Origin: Basidiobolus meristosporus CBS 931.73
Taxonomy: Eukaryota > Fungi > Basidiobolomycota
NCBI GenBank assembly: GCA_002104905.1
Contig: MCFE01000048.1
Coordinates: 62,001-126,000, forward strand
Direction of reading: 5' to 3'
Length of the DNA stretch: 64,000 bases
The notes under the pieces are model-generated. The model was not told the DNA's origin and searched no databases. It was given only the letters and a program-made list of their open reading frames with translations. Of this stretch, positions 12,385 to 26,227 are shown in pieces; within the stretch, counting starts at the first letter, position 1, and every line of letters begins with the position of its first letter. The position numbers and the translations under genes were made by a program.

Positions 12385-12807
12385 GAATATACCAGGAGTG
12401 TGACAATATTTCCCCATACAGTGGTGGATTCCTGACAAGTTGGGTATTCAGGAGGTGTCCATGGCAAAAGTGGCTGCAACCAAGCATGTATGCAAGATGA
12501 TTAGTTTGAAATTTTTCATAGGGATGCACTTGACTTGCTCCATAAGCATTATCATGAATTTAAATGGGTAACAGATTTTGGGCCAGCATTGGTATGCTAA
12601 GATAGTATCTTAAGAATAGCAGAAACTATAAAAGGCAGAAGAACAAGGGTGCCATGGCTGAAAACTAGCAGCTTCCTCCAGAGCCTGTTATAAGCAGGAC
12701 CAAAAGCTCCAAATTAGCATCAAAGAGACAACAGGCAGCTGGAAGAGTGCCAATTAAGGACAGGCAGGCAGACATGGACGGACAAGCACAGCATATATCA
12801 AGGAAAA
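12385..12807 (-). mobile_element. Scrambled CACTA fragments (transposase and accessory ORF pieces)
   Basis: GGTGGATTCCTGACAAGTTGG matches 43800 and 55855; 12500-12800 matches the accessory ORF at 24400-24720. Confidence 0.65.
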
Positions 12808-13074
12808 AGTGTAGTAAATACAAGGGAAAGTCATATTTAGGAGAAAACAGCAAAATATGTAAAGTGGCTAGGATGCTTTGTAATGCACAGTATATTGATA
12901 TAACAAGACATTCACTGGAAAATGTGTCAGGAACACTATGAGGAGTAAATAAAGCCAGAAAAGCACTAACCTGTGTAACATAAGAAATGCAGAGATAGTG
13001 CCATAAAGTGCTGAATCAATCTAGCACTCTAAACAGGCTGGCACCATGTGGCACTATCCAATGGAGCAGGTATA
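12808..13074 (+). mobile_element. PHIS element 3' fragment (transposase C-terminus and degenerate TIR)
   Basis: YKGKSYLGENSKICK matches 22900-23025; ends ...GGCACTATCCAATGGAGCAGGTAT followed by ACT. Confidence 0.7.
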
Positions 13075-15120
13075 CTGCTTGAAGCAAAAATGATCTATGC
13101 ACTCAGGGGTTACTTAGTTTCTTGATACCAATGACATAGATGTCTCTATGCGAACATCTAAGCTCAACATTTCTAATTACTCCTGGCTGTCCTCCTCAAT
13201 ATCAGCTCATCATTTCCATGAGGGACTTGAAGTTCATTTTGTGGACATGATGGGGATATGATTGCACTTGCAACTTGACATTCTCTATGTCCTCATACAA
13301 CTAATATACAGGAAATTCACAACAACCAATATACCATGGTAGAGTCAATGAAAACCTGTGAACCTGGCTCTTCCAGATTGAAGAAGCTTTCAAGGCTAAG
13401 GGAATTGTTCCAGAAAGCAAATTACATTATACCACCACTTACCTGGCAGACACAGCTTTGCAGTGGTACCACAACAAGATCAGGTCAGCCACCATAATGA
13501 GATGCTCTACAATCTCTACCTGGGATGAGTTTGTGTTGGAAATTCAAGATGCTTTTGAACCTCTGCACCAGCAGACACTGCTTATAAGAAGGTTGAAGAC
13601 ATTAAGACTGGAAGGAGAGGTTCAAGAGAACATCTATGAATCTAGATGTCTACTTGGACAAATTGAAAGAATGGGCCCCCTGGTCCAAGTGGAATACTCT
13701 ATTGATGAGTTGAAAGAAAAAACCCTCAAGGAAGTGAGTTACTGAGACCTCAGACTATTAAAGCAGCAATCATAATTGCCATTGACTATGACTTGGCTAT
13801 GTTTGGAGTTGGGAAGCCTACAATGACTAATCAGAGAGGCTATAATCATTAAGAAAGCAGACAATCAGAAGCAGTGCCAATGGAAATAGATGCTATGCAG
13901 AAGAGTCCTGCCTCAGAAGAATGTAAAAAGTAAGGACTTTGCTTCAATTACCACCAACAGGGACATATTGTAAAGTACTGCCCTTGTAGAAGAAATGGAC
14001 ACCAGAAATCAAGAACTTTCAGCCACATTGAGGCCCTTGAGCAAAGTAACATGGAGGATGAACTTGAAGAAGACTCAGAACTCACCTTCCACATGACAGA
14101 AGAATACCTATCCCAGGTGACCTCAAACTCAGGAAGGCTATTTTATTTCAATGGAGTTATCAGTGGAGTACCAGCCAAGATTATGATTGACTCAGGAGCA
14201 TTGCATGAGTACATGTCAGAGCAATTTGCTTTGAAAGCTGGAATCAACTTGGAACCCACCAAACAACTTCAGTCTCAACAACTGATGGGAACTCTCACAT
14301 AATCAAACTCATTTCTCAGCCAGTAAGGATGAAGATCAAGGACTATGAAGAAGACCTACAGGCCTATGTATTTAGGAACTGCAAGCTTGACCTTGTACTT
14401 GGCAAAGCCTAGCTACTTTCTTGTAGTCCATCAATCAAATGGAGAACCCATGCTACTCAGGTCCAGAAGGACAACAAGACCTATGAGCTATTACCTGCCA
14501 GACTGGATTGCAACTTGGCTAATTCCAGTGTGTGCAAAACAAATGAACTTAGCAAGACACAGCTCTGTAGAGCACTTAGAAAAGGCACTCAGATGTTCCT
14601 CATGGCAGTATTACAGGAGGATTCCTCTACTCCAGTATCCTGGAAGGTCCAGACTCTTTTGAAGGAATATTCAGGCATATTTCCAGATGAGCATGTAAGC
14701 CTACCACCAGTCAGAGATGTGGACCATACCATTGACACAGGAGATAGCCCTCCAGTGAGTAAGACACCTTACAGCATGAGTCCATTCAAATTGGAACAGA
14801 TGAAGAAACAAATAGATCAGTTATTGGAGCAAGGATAAATCAGTCCCAGCAGGTCACCTTGGGGACCACCAGTACTTTTTGTGAAGAAGATGGATGGAAC
14901 ACTCAGGATGTGCATTGACTAGAGAGCCCTCAACTCAGTTACTGTGAGGAATAAGAACCCCATGCCTTGGATTGATAAGCTTTTGGACTAACTCAACAGA
15001 GCCACCATTTTCAGCAAGATTGACCTCATGTCAGGATACAACCAAATTAGGGTGAAGCCAGATGACATCTCTAAGACAGCATTCAGGACCAGATATGGAC
15101 ATTACAAGTACTTAATCATG
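13075..15120 (+). mobile_element. Ty3/Gypsy family C fragment: gag, zinc knuckle, protease, RT N-half, degraded
   Basis: ALQWY...TWDEFVLEIQDAF (retrotransposon gag), IMIDSGA protease, PVSKTPY; homologous to 40600-41880 on the minus strand. Confidence 0.85.
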
Positions 15121-18100
15121 GTGGCTTCCTATCCTCTATGTTCTCCTGGTTCTCCTTAATGGATACTTGTCATGATGTTCAGTTGCTCTTGAGGGGTAGC
15201 GACTACACTTCTTGACATAAGTCCAGGCTTCACTTGCTTGAAGAGAAGATCATCTTTAAGATAGTAGTGATGTGCCTTCTTCCTGAGCTTTCTAAACTCC
15301 TGAATTTCCATCCAACTAGGTTTCTTAAGTGTCCTTAGATATTCCTTGATCTGACTCCAGGTAGTTCTCTCTTTGTATTCAATGGCAATCTGTTGGATCT
15401 CTGCATCAATAATATCATCAAAGTGAGGGTCCAAGTCTTCAATAATTGTGGTCCCTTCCTGGAGAGTGCATCAGCCACAACATTTGTCTTGCCAGGGATA
15501 TATCTGACCTCAAAGTCAAACATTTTCAGCCATGCCACTGATTGGTTTGTGGCATCATCAGGTAGGTCAGGCTAGTTGATCATTCCTATAAGTGGCTTAG
15601 CATCTGTCTCCAGGATAAATGTGTCATGTAGAGTTGTGACTTCAGTTTCCTCAGCATCTTCACAACTCCAAGTAGTTCTTTCTTAATCTGTGAGTATCTT
15701 TGTTCTCTAGGAGAGAATAGGCAGCTCTCATATCTGCAGGCATAGCGGTTGCCATCTTTATCATCTTGTCCTAGTAGTGCTCCAGCTCCTATAGGGCTTG
15801 CATCCACTGTCAAAATAGGTGGGCATTCAGTGTTTTGATAGTCAAGAGGTCTTAGAACTGGTGAAGATACTAAGGCCTCTTTCAGTAATTGCATGGCTTC
15901 TTCTTGCTCTTCTCCCCAGATAAATGGGGTATTCTTTCTCTGTAGTTGGTAGATTGGTTCTGCTATCTCAGAAAATCTTGGGATCCAGATCCTAAAGAAC
16001 CCACAAGCTGCCACAAAGCCACAAGCTTGTGTTAGATTTGTGGGGGTAGGCCAGTTGCATATCTTTTGTGTCTTGGAATTTCCAGGCAAACAACCAAAGG
16101 TGTTGCATTTTTGTCCAACAATGGATATCTCTGATACACCAAAGCTGCTTTTATCACCACTGATGGTGAGTCCAGCTTCTTCAATGGCTCCTAATATGGC
16201 ATCATTGTCTGAAATATGGTCATAGACAAACTTTCTTACTCCAGGCATGACTTCAGTAGTGTCCTGGGTTTTTGGTCCTTTGATGCCTATGTCATCAACA
16301 AAGACAGCAAGTTTCTCAGGTATAAACTGGTATAGCACATTCACCATGTATCTCTGGAACTGAGCTACAGAGTCTGTAGCCCCTTGGCTGAGTCTTGTCA
16401 TCCTTAACAGTCCAAATGGTGTCTGTAGTGCAAACATATCTCTTGATGTCTCATCAAGGTGGATCTGGTCACATCCTGAGTAGAGATCATATGTTGAGTA
16501 GATGGATTGACCACTAAAGCTTTCTGCAAAGTCATCAATAGATGGAGGTATAGCAGCATCTCTGATAGTGACAGCATTTGCAGGTTGCATGTCTTGAATG
16601 AATTGGAGCTTTCCATTCTTCTTTTTGGTCACAAACCATCTGTTAGCATAGGGTCCATGGCAAGGTTCTAGGAGACCAGCTTCTATCTTCTTCTTTTGTA
16701 GGTCATGCACATCAGCTTGGAGTCCTCTGGGCAGTGGGTAAGACCTAAGTGACCAGGGTGTGTGGGCACTGTATGAATCTTGATGGGTTTTTCAACCAAT
16801 GTCTTTAAGAGCCCCATCTCCTTGTCATTGTATGAGAAAACCCTATCATGCCTTTTCAAGGTTTCTTCAAATAACAGTATCTCCTCTGGTGTAAGGTTTC
16901 CATCACCAATGATAAGTTGCTTAAGTCTCTCAGGTGTAAGTTGTATATCTTCTGGTGATTTGTCTGGTGGTCTAATGTAATCAGCAGGTCAAGATCCATC
17001 AGTCAAAGGTATAAGTGATGGTCTAATCTTCTGTTCTACTGTCTTGTATTTTGTCCAAGCCATAGCAGTCTGCTCCTGTATACCCAATGAGCAGCTCCAA
17101 ATGTTGGGGTGTATTTTGTCAGGCTCTCATCTTCTTCCATAACAAGATGTGTCTTCCGGCTAGCAGTATGTGTCCTCTTATTGTTGGGTGTTACACCACA
17201 GATGGTTGACTGTAGTCCTGGGTTGGATCCTTGTATGGTGTACCATACTGACCCATTGGAATAGTTGGCAGTTGTAGCCTTAGTACTGGTTTCCCATGGT
17301 CTATCTAGCAGAAGGTCAAAGTTTGCCTTCTGGCAGATGAAGAGGGGAAGCCAGACCTGGATTCCTTGTACCTCAATAGGGAACTTGAGCACCATACCAT
17401 AGAGTGGACTAGATCCTGAGTTTGCATCAGTCATGTTCCATCCAATATCTCTATCAACAGGCAGTAGCTCCTTGCTTCTAAGTGTCTTCCAGAAGTCTAG
17501 TGGCATAACACAAATCTCTGAGCCACTGTCAATATGGCAGTCAACAGGGTCATCATATATATATCCTTTCACCACAGCACTTGCAACTGAGTAAAAGGTC
17601 TTATCTCCAGTAGTGTTGTTGTCTTTTTGGTGGTCTTCATGGTTTGTCTGAATTATATGGGTGTCCATATGTTCAACAGCTTGTTGTCTTGTTCTAAGCT
17701 GCTCATCAAAGGTCTTCCTAACAGATGGGGATACACTCATGATTTCTCCAACTGACAAAGTGAGGTTCTGCTTCAGCAGCTTCTCAGTAATCAGTTGAGG
17801 GCTTGAGTAGCTTGCTGTCTTTGAGGTCATCTGAAAGTGAGGCAATGAATCTTGGGTGGGCAGCAAACTAGGCCTCTTGTCAATAACAACTTCAGGTTCT
17901 TCAAATTGTGATCTTCTAAGAATGGGTTTGGCAGGTTCTTCAGGGAGGTGTCTTTTGGTAGCAAAGGCATCAACTTCATATTGTCTGTTATCAGGGCTGC
18001 TTGGATTTACTTTATGAGTCCCAATAGGGGCATCAACTGTAATCTTTCTGGTTGCTGAGTCAGATTTCTGGAAAAGGGCTCTCATCCCTCCTCTTCAGAA

Positions 18101-19784
18101 ATTAGTGGGAATCCTTCTTCCTTCCTTGTCAGCAAGCATTCCATCAGCATCAAACTCTACTGCTCCTTATCTGGGTAGCTGACTAAGCTCTGAGCATTCT
18201 TGTCTGGCATGCTGAGTAGAGTCACACCAGATGCAGTGCCTGGGCTAAGGTCTTTGTCCCTCAGTAGCAACCTCAGCTGAGCCATTAATCTTGATCGCTA
18301 GCTTTTGTAGTGTTCAGCAAGTTGGTCAATTCTGTCGGTAGTGTAGGTCTGATTGTCAGCAGCAGCACTCCTTGGCTCCTTGGTTGACTGGTCTGACAGA
18401 TTAGATGTCAGGAGTCTCATAAAGGTAGAAGTTTGCTTTGCCTCTAGGAGAACACGTTTCATCTCTGCAAAGCAAGGAATGCCAGACTTGTCATCCTTGG
18501 ATGCATATAAGTCAACTTTCCTTGCCAAGTCCTGGGGAAGCCCTTGTGCAAGGTAAAGTGTCATGGTAAACTCAGTTATAGCCTGGGACTCTAGGAGTGG
18601 CTTGGCCATATCTTCATATTGTTGAATGAACTCTTCAAGTGGTAGCTTGGAAAGTCCAGTTCTTCCAAAGTGTCCGAGGTCTTCAATTCCATAGTATATC
18701 TGGGGTCTACCATACTTGGTCTGTAGGTAGGTCTTCATTAAGGCCCAGTGAGTGAGAATGTCTCCTTGTCTGAGAAGCTTAGTGGTATTATCATTGGTGC
18801 AGTAGTAGGGGAATGCTTGCTAGGAATACTTGTGTTCTATCTCTAATCTAATGTGAAGGGGAATAAAGCCACAAGCTTGTCAAGGGAAAGCTATTGAGCT
18901 ACAATCCCCAACTTAGTTGGCGTCTTAACAAAAGTATGTGCTGGGCTCAGCATCCATTGAGATGACAATGTACTACAGCTTCCAAAGTCAAAACAACTGT
19001 AAACTCCACCCGCAGGAACTTGATAAGAATGCAGCTGTGGTCAATAGTTGCAAAGACAGAAAAGTATCTTTGCCTGTACAAGAACAAACTTGGGAAAGAA
19101 TCAAATATAATAAAAGATACCTACTCTGAGTATTCCTCACAAGTAGTGCCTCCAAGGTCAGTTGGCTGTCAGCGTGGTTTCCTGGGATTGTCCTGTGGTT
19201 GGAAGTTCAGGTAGCAGCAGGTAGCAGTGATCACACTAATCAACAAGTTTGTATATTGATAAAAGGGATGATGATTTATTGTTGAGGGATAGCCTCCCTT
19301 ATATACTTTTCTTACTGGCTAAGTGATTACTAATCATGGTGTTCCAGAAGGTTCCGGATATCAATAGAAATCTTAATGACATCAGAATGACCTAAGAATG
19401 TTCTAAGTAGGTGCCAGAAGGTTCTAAGAGGCACAGGACATCCAACCAATCAGGAATCAGTATTCTGAAACCTGTGTAACATAGGGATACCATAAATGGT
19501 ATTTAAATGGTAGGGATGGTGACATGGGTTGATCATGTGTCACGGGTACTACTGGCGTGGGTATTTGCCTAATATAGAAGCACTTATAGCTAGTAATCTA
19601 CATAAAGTGAGGGGTAACTTATGCAATAAGGTAAGCAGGTGTGATAGTCAACCAGCTTATAGGATAGCACTGATTGGGTAAGACAAATGGGATAAAACTA
19701 AAATAAATGTAGTAGAGATATAGGGAAGTAGAAAATGAGGGAATGAGCACATCTGTCAGTGGGTGTCACTGTCACCCCACTACA
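15121..19784 (-). mobile_element. Ty3/Gypsy family A: truncated 5' LTR (~18815-19784), gag-protease, RT, RNase H, truncated in integrase
   Basis: ORF 17036-18085 has CHIDSGSE; ORF 15586-16710 has RT LAVFVDD and RNase H LTVDAS; 15156-15538 FDFEVRYIPGKTNVVADALSR. LTR matches the solo LTR 20013-21083. Confidence 0.9.
15586..16710 (-). CDS. Gypsy-A reverse transcriptase/RNase H open segment (374 aa)
   Basis: GPYANRWF, DLYSG, TPFGLLRMTRL, VFVDD, DASPIGAGA; part of a disrupted pol. Confidence 0.8.
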   Translation of the reverse strand: MHDLQKKKIEAGLLEPCHGPYANRWFVTKKKNGKLQFIQDMQPANAVTIRDAAIPPSIDDFAESFSGQSIYSTYDLYSGCDQIHLDETSRDMFALQTPFGLLRMTRLSQGATDSVAQFQRYMVNVLYQFIPEKLAVFVDDIGIKGPKTQDTTEVMPGVRKFVYDHISDNDAILGAIEEAGLTISGDKSSFGVSEISIVGQKCNTFGCLPGNSKTQKICNWPTPTNLTQACGFVAACGFFRIWIPRFSEIAEPIYQLQRKNTPFIWGEEQEEAMQLLKEALVSSPVLRPLDYQNTECPPILTVDASPIGAGALLGQDDKDGNRYACRYESCLFSPREQRYSQIKKELLGVVKMLRKLKSQLYMTHLSWRQMLSHL

Positions 19785-20012
19785 ATGGCACGCGCAGGCG
19801 CAACTTGACGAGTTGAGATGGCCCTTGGCTGAGTTTGATGTGATGCTCCATCTTGATGCAACTTGGTCTGTTCCAATGGACTTGTGTCTAAATAAGCAGT
19901 TTGACAAGTTCTGGTAGTTTTGCTCTGAAGCATGCACGTTGACCCAATGCACATCAACTCAATGCGGGGCATTCTGGTAAAGGGTGTTGGTGTAGTCTGG
20001 ACTGACGTGCGC

Positions 20013-21083
20013 TGTGGTGGTGTATAGGTCCAAGGGAGAGATACGTCCAACACTTCTCAAGTGTTTTGTGTGTGGGGTGTTCACTGGGTACGATAACCTC
20101 TGGCAAAAGCTTGCTAGGAATACTTGGGTTCTGTCTCTAATCTAATGTGAAGGGGAATAAAGCCACAAGCTTGTCAAGGGAAAACTATTGAGCTACAATC
20201 CCCAACTTAGTTGGCATCTTAACAAAAGTATGTGCTGGGTTCAGTGTCCTTTGAGATGACAATGTACTAAAGCTTCCAAAGTCAAAACAACTGTAAACTC
20301 CACCAGCAGGGACTTGATAAGAATGCAGCTGTGGTCAATAGTTACAAAGACAGAAAAGTATCTTTGCCTGTACAAGAACAAACTTGGGAAAGAATCAAAT
20401 ATAATAAAAGATACCTACTCTGAGTATTCCTCACAAGTAGTGCCTCCAAGGTCAGTTGGCTGTCAGCGCGGTTTCCTGGGAGTGTCCTGTGGTCTGGGGT
20501 TGGAAGTTCAGATAGCAGCAGGTAGCAGTGATCACACTAATCAACAAGTCGGTATATTGATAAAAGGGATGATGATTTATTGTTGAGGGATAGCCTCCCT
20601 TATATACTTTTCTTACTGGCTAAGTGATTACTAATCATGGTGTTCCAGAAGGTTCCGGATATCAATAGAAATCTTAATGACATCAGAATGACCTAAAAAT
20701 GTTCTAAGTAGGTGCCGGAAGGTTCTAAGAGGCACAGCACATCCAGCCAATCAGGAATCAGTATTCTGAAACCTGTGTAACATGGGGATACCATACATGG
20801 TATGGAAATGGTATGGATGGTGACACGGGCTGATCATGTGTCACGGGTACTGGCGCGGGTACTTGCCTAATATAGAAGTACATATAGCTAGTAATCTTAC
20901 ATAAAGTGAGGGGTAACTTATGCAATAAGGTAAGCAGGTGTGATAGTCAACCGGCTTATGGGATAGTACTGATTGGGTAAGACAAATGGGATAAAACTAA
21001 AATAAGTGTAGTAGAGATATAGGGAAGTAGAAAATAAGGGAATGAGCACATCTGTCAGTGGGTGTCACTGTCACCCCACTACA
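20013..21083 (-). mobile_element. Solo LTR, Gypsy family A (1071 bp)
   Basis: TG...CA ends; TSD GCGC at 20009-20012 and 21084-21087. Confidence 0.9.
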
Positions 21084-23118
21084 GCGCCAGCACTCTGTGG
21101 TTGCAAGAGATGGTAAGGAATCCAGCAAGGCATGCTGGCGCAATCTGGACAGTGTTGCTTGCAGTCTGTATTCTTCCTCCTGAAGCTCACTATCTGATTC
21201 CTCAAGGTATTCACTTACCCTCTGTCTGATACTTTGGAGCTGTTGCCTGGATGAGTCCTCCGTAAATTGCTCTTGGAAGCCACTTAGCTCTACTAATATA
21301 TTATGTAGTACATTAGTCATTTGAGGCAAAAACTCATTCAAAATCTCTTTGGTTCCCAAAGTGAGGCACAAACGGACACGTCCAGCCCATACTGTGCAAA
21401 TTGCATGCAAAATTGCTCCAGCGTGGCTTCTTCATCAGATCCCCTCACTCTCAGCTCATTCTTGATTTCAATACTTGTCTTGTTATATATCTTCTTACTT
21501 ACATTGGCTGGCATCTTGATGTAGAACTCATGCCACAGCTTTCTACTAAAATTCTTCCATTTTTGTTGACTCTCTGAGGTGTCTAGTTCTGCTAGATTAA
21601 TCAGTAGTACCTAAATATCTGTATGAAGGCTCATCATAGACACTTGGGCCATACTAAAATCATTTGGCAAGAGCTCAAACGGATATAACATTGACTTTTC
21701 TGGTCCGGACTGCGCTTGTGAGCTGGGGGACAGGTTTTGTGTGGCTGTACTAAAGATGAGTTGAAACTTGGTATGGGGACCATAGCAATGGATTTGGATA
21801 CTTATACGGCAGTATATTGGCATCAACCTGACTTATATGAGATATATATGAAAACTAATGTGATTGTTGAATTTTCCATACATTATGCATGATGCATCTT
21901 GGATTGCATTGACACAGATCAGATCACATCAATTGCAGATTTCCTATTTGATTATTGACCCATGAGTAAAGCATCAATAAAAGTACCAAGGCATTACTTG
22001 CGGATGATTTTTGCAACATAACAATGGGATACATGGCAATTGATGGAGATTTAATCATAATGCATTAATAATCAGATAAATAACACAGATTGTGCCAAAT
22101 CTATTCAAACCACCTCCATACAATCATCCACCAATTTTAATATGACTTACTCATTGGAATGGTCTTTTCTCATCAATCCCAGCACTACCACTGGATTTCC
22201 TTTGACACACTAGAGGAGATCTATTCCAAGTAGTGTGGACTATCTACCCCAATCTACTCAAGAAGATACCTTGTTAAGCTTCTCTGCTATTACAAGAACT
22301 ATTGCCCTCCAAGGTTTCATCCCACCATCCATGGCAACAAAAGTCCTAGTAGCTATCATTCCCAGCTGGCAGCAATGGAGAACCACCTTGCAGAGTGTAT
22401 GACTGACTTAGAGCAAGCCTGGAATACTAGGTTCAGAAGCTCCAATAGACTTCCATAACCCAAAGTGTTCAGCAACAGGTTCCATATCAGGAGTATTTTG
22501 GATAACTTCCCAGTGAGGATTAACAGACCTTCTAGAGGGCAGAGGCAATTTTATTCTGGCAAGTACAAGGCACACAGTGTGAAGCTTCAAGCACTGTCTG
22601 ACATTGAGGGTAACATCATCTGGTTTAGTGGGCCATTTGCTGGAGGTAGGCATGACAAAACACTCTGGGTGGTGAATCATCCTGAACTCAGTAGAGGGGA
22701 GAAATGTATGGCAGACTTAGCCTATATAGGAGAGGATTGACACAGATTAGGATGTATTACGGCTTATAGAAAGCCAAGCAATGGTATGCTTAGCAGGAAG
22801 CAGAAGCTGTACATTGAGATATTTAATCATTTCAGAGTGAGGGTAGAGCACACATTTGGATATCTGAAGAGATTCAGCATATTGGCAGGTAATTACAGAG
22901 GAAAGTCATATATAGGAGAAAACAGCCAAATAGGTAAAATAGCTAAGATACTTAGTAATGCCCAATATGCTCATACAAGAAGACATCCACTGAGAGAAAT
23001 GTATCTGGAGCACTATGCAAAGTAAATAAAGCAAGGAAAGAACTATTCTGAGCAACATAAGTAAGATTGAGTAAAATAACCAGTACCTGTATCATACCAC
23101 TGGCATCATGGTAGATAT

Positions 23119-23487
23119 TGTTGCAATTTAACAAGTGATTTGGATATAAGGAACTTATCAAGAAATAGTGATAATAGTTGAACTGTTGTTTATTCATAAA
23201 GAAGCTCAGTATTTATACCTTTGTAGATGTAATACAGCTGCAACACTAAGTAGGAAGGGTTTCTCAATATTCAGGAGCATTCTGTAACAGTTTCAGGGTT
23301 AGTACATAATGTTTGGTAATAGTGCTAATTTGATCCTGACTATAGGGGAATAATCATAAGATCATATATCTGGAGAAAGTGGCAAAGTTAGGGCAGTAAA
23401 TGAGTCCTACAGTGACTAAGACTAGCCTAGAATTGTTAGGTAAATTTTTAGCTGCTGAATGATACCAAATAGTCCAATATTTCAACA
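23119..23487. mobile_element. Solo LTR, family G (369 bp)
   Basis: TGTTG...CAACA, 5-bp TSD GATAT; near-identical inverted copy at 27838-28207. Confidence 0.85.
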
Positions 23488-23582
23488 GATATTATAGTGC
23501 CAGATAGTGCAGTAGGGTGCCAGATCAATCCGGCACTATAAACAGGCTGGCATTATGTGGCACTATCCAACAGAACCAGTCT

Positions 23583-24068
23583 AGCTCATAGAGACAGACC
23601 CAAGCTTGCAAGACTTGCCAACAATACTGAATCATCAAGATAATGGTATCATAATAAAAGAGATTCAGGAGAACCCTCTCACCTTTATAAGGGAAGAGTA
23701 TTATAATCCACAGCTTGAATGTTTAGATTAGATTGGTTTTTAGTCAAATCAGCTTGTTATATGCTTAGCCTATCAATACATCAGTGTTATCTATCAAATC
23801 AGTAGCATTAGTCAGCAGATGCATCAGCAGACTCTTATCAGACAGGAATAGATATATTAAGTGAAATCTTATTGCATGATGATGATTCAATCATATGAGT
23901 CATCAGCCACAACCTACATTAGAAAATACAATTAGTCAGCAATTGATCTGGCAAAATTGTATATAAGGAGCTGCTGGGACCTCAATAAAAACCAGTTCAA
24001 GTTTTAGTCAATACAATACTAGCTAAATTCCCTATACCTCTACAACTCTTAAACCAAAACTTGAATCA
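23583..24068 (+). mobile_element. Gypsy-C 3' end: integrase tail, PPT and degenerate 3' LTR (~23699-24068)
   Basis: Reverse-complement match to 38023-38500. Confidence 0.75.
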
Positions 24069-26227
24069 CAGTATCCCCATTAGAGAACATAGTATTGCTG
24101 CTGCAACAAAGGAACTTTTGTAGCTTGGTGTCATAGCCAAGATTTGAGCCATTTCCTGATGTAACAGCAGAGGAGAACTATGCAGTCTTTGAAGCACAAC
24201 AGCAGCACCCAAAGATAAAGCCCACAGACAAAGATATAGCCTACAGAAAAGCCTATCACAGCATGGGAGGGAGAGGCCATGGTGTTTATAACCAGGCCTA
24301 AAATTTAGAAGATATTGAAGATGTGTGAAACCATTCAGTGCAATGATTAAGAGTTGGCTTAAATTCAAAAGGCTGTTAGTAGTCTAGCATGGTGCCACCT
24401 TAAGGCTGGAATACCATGGTACCATCATGAGCCCAAGGCTAAGCAGAATGTACTTGACTCATTCCATGAGCAGTATCCTGGATTCAAGCAAGCTAGCAGG
24501 CTTTTGGGCCAGCATTGGTATATTAAAAAGGTATCTTAAGGTTAGCAGAAACTATAAATGACCAACATACAAGGATACAATGTCTCAAATCCAGCAGCCT
24601 CCTCAAGAGCTGGTTCCATGTAGGACTGGAAGCTCCAAACAAAGGCAAATGAATGGCAGGTAGCTGGAAGAGTGCCAATAAGGGACAGGCAGGCAGAAAT
24701 AGATCCATCATTGCAGCATTTACCAGGGAGAAAATGAAGTTCAATAAAAGAAGCACTCAATCACAGTTACAGTGAAGGACTGGACAGTCATAATGACCTG
24801 CAGGTTTCTCAGGGGACTGTTACAAGCACAGCTGGATATTTTAAACAAGCAGCAAACAAATGTCATGTAGCCAGGAGAGTGCTGGCAAGGGACAAGCTGG
24901 CAAAAATAAATTCACCTGTGCAGCATTCATCAAGGTGAAAACAAAGTATAATGCAAGGAACACTTAGCCACAGTAGCAGCAAAGGACTTGACAGTGATAA
25001 AAGCTTGCAGCTTTCACAGAAGCCTGTCACATATAGGGCTGATAGCTCCAAGCAAGTAGCCAAGAAATGTCAGGTTGGCGGGATATGCCAGTAGGGGACA
25101 AGTAGACAAAAATGGAGGTAACAATGGAGCATTCATCAAGGAGAGAGCAGAGCATAATGCAAGGAGCACTTGGTCAATGTAGTTGTGAAAGACTTGGCAG
25201 TAAAAAGGTAAAGGTATAGTGTAAGAGGTCTACCCAAGCCAGAGACAGGAAAGTGTGAAAAAAAAGCTGCAGCTCTCACTGATTAATACATCACCACAGA
25301 ACAGGCTGAGTCCCATCAGAGCCAAGAAGAATCACCTACATGACAAAAGCTTTTCTCAAGAGATGGAAGTGCAGCTAGTTGAGCTACACTCTACTGAAGT
25401 AGTTACATTTGAAGAGAATAGCAATTTTTGTACCACTACCTCCATGTCCTCCATTTTACACATAGTGAAGACCTCACTGACAGACATCCAATAATATCAA
25501 GAACTCAAGTGGCTATTAAAACAACTACAATGGAATCTTTGAATGTTAATAGACACAACAAGAGGTTGCAGCACTTCTTCAAGAGCAGTGCACAGGAAAA
25601 TGCACTTGATTATTTTAGCAATTTATTGCAAAGACTGGCAGATGAGGTGCTAAACCTAGCAGTGCAAGCTGAAAACTAGAAGAGATGGGAACCAGTGAGT
25701 AAACAGCATCATAAAGCCATAGGGTTCCTGCTAAAGTCATGGAAAAAGGACATTACAGCATATATACTCATTTAATGACAGACTGTTATAGACTTACTTA
25801 ACAAGTCTGGGGCTGGGCTTACTATTAGTGCTGTGTATAGGGACTTGTATAGGCCAATACAATTTGTAATTGAGTTACAACAGAAGTTTCAGTAGAATTA
25901 AATCCAGTTGTGTGCATGAATAGTAAATGAATTGGCTGGGTCAGGAAGTAAGAAGTGTAAAAAGGCAATAGCCAATCAATGTAGACAAGCATAAGAGGTG
26001 ATCAAGTGTCTGGGATGAGAATGTGAGAGAATTGGTAAAGGACCAAGCATAAGCCACTTGTGTACTGTTGTGATGAAATATTTGGACCAAGTTTTTTGTG
26101 AGAAACAGAGTGCAATTATCTTTTGATAGTCTTTGCACAGTGTCCTAATGTGCTCAATATCTCTTAGTCATGGTGCTTTAATTTTGTGATGTCCTCCTGA
26201 CAGGAACATCACAATTATTTTCATTGC
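24069..26227 (-). mobile_element. CACTA partial copy (accessory ORF half and degenerate terminus)
   Basis: Homologous to 780-3800 inverted; carries three ~207-bp internal repeat units at 24600-25230. Confidence 0.8.

Larger units (their letters stand above)
19785..23582 (+). mobile_element. PHIS (Harbinger/ISL2EU-like) autonomous-type copy P1 with nested LTRs; left end not seen
   Basis: Transposase ~22080-23025 (+, two stops), ORF2 on the minus strand ~21084-21690 continuing 19785-20008; right TIR ...CAACAGAACCAGTCT ends 23582. Collinear with 58365-60871. Confidence 0.85.

Noticed and set aside
18815-21083. Two LTR-A copies read as the paired LTRs of a tiny TRIM-like element
   Set aside because: The 228 bp between them is PHIS ORF2 sequence, and the right LTR has its own GCGC TSD; these are two independent insertions.
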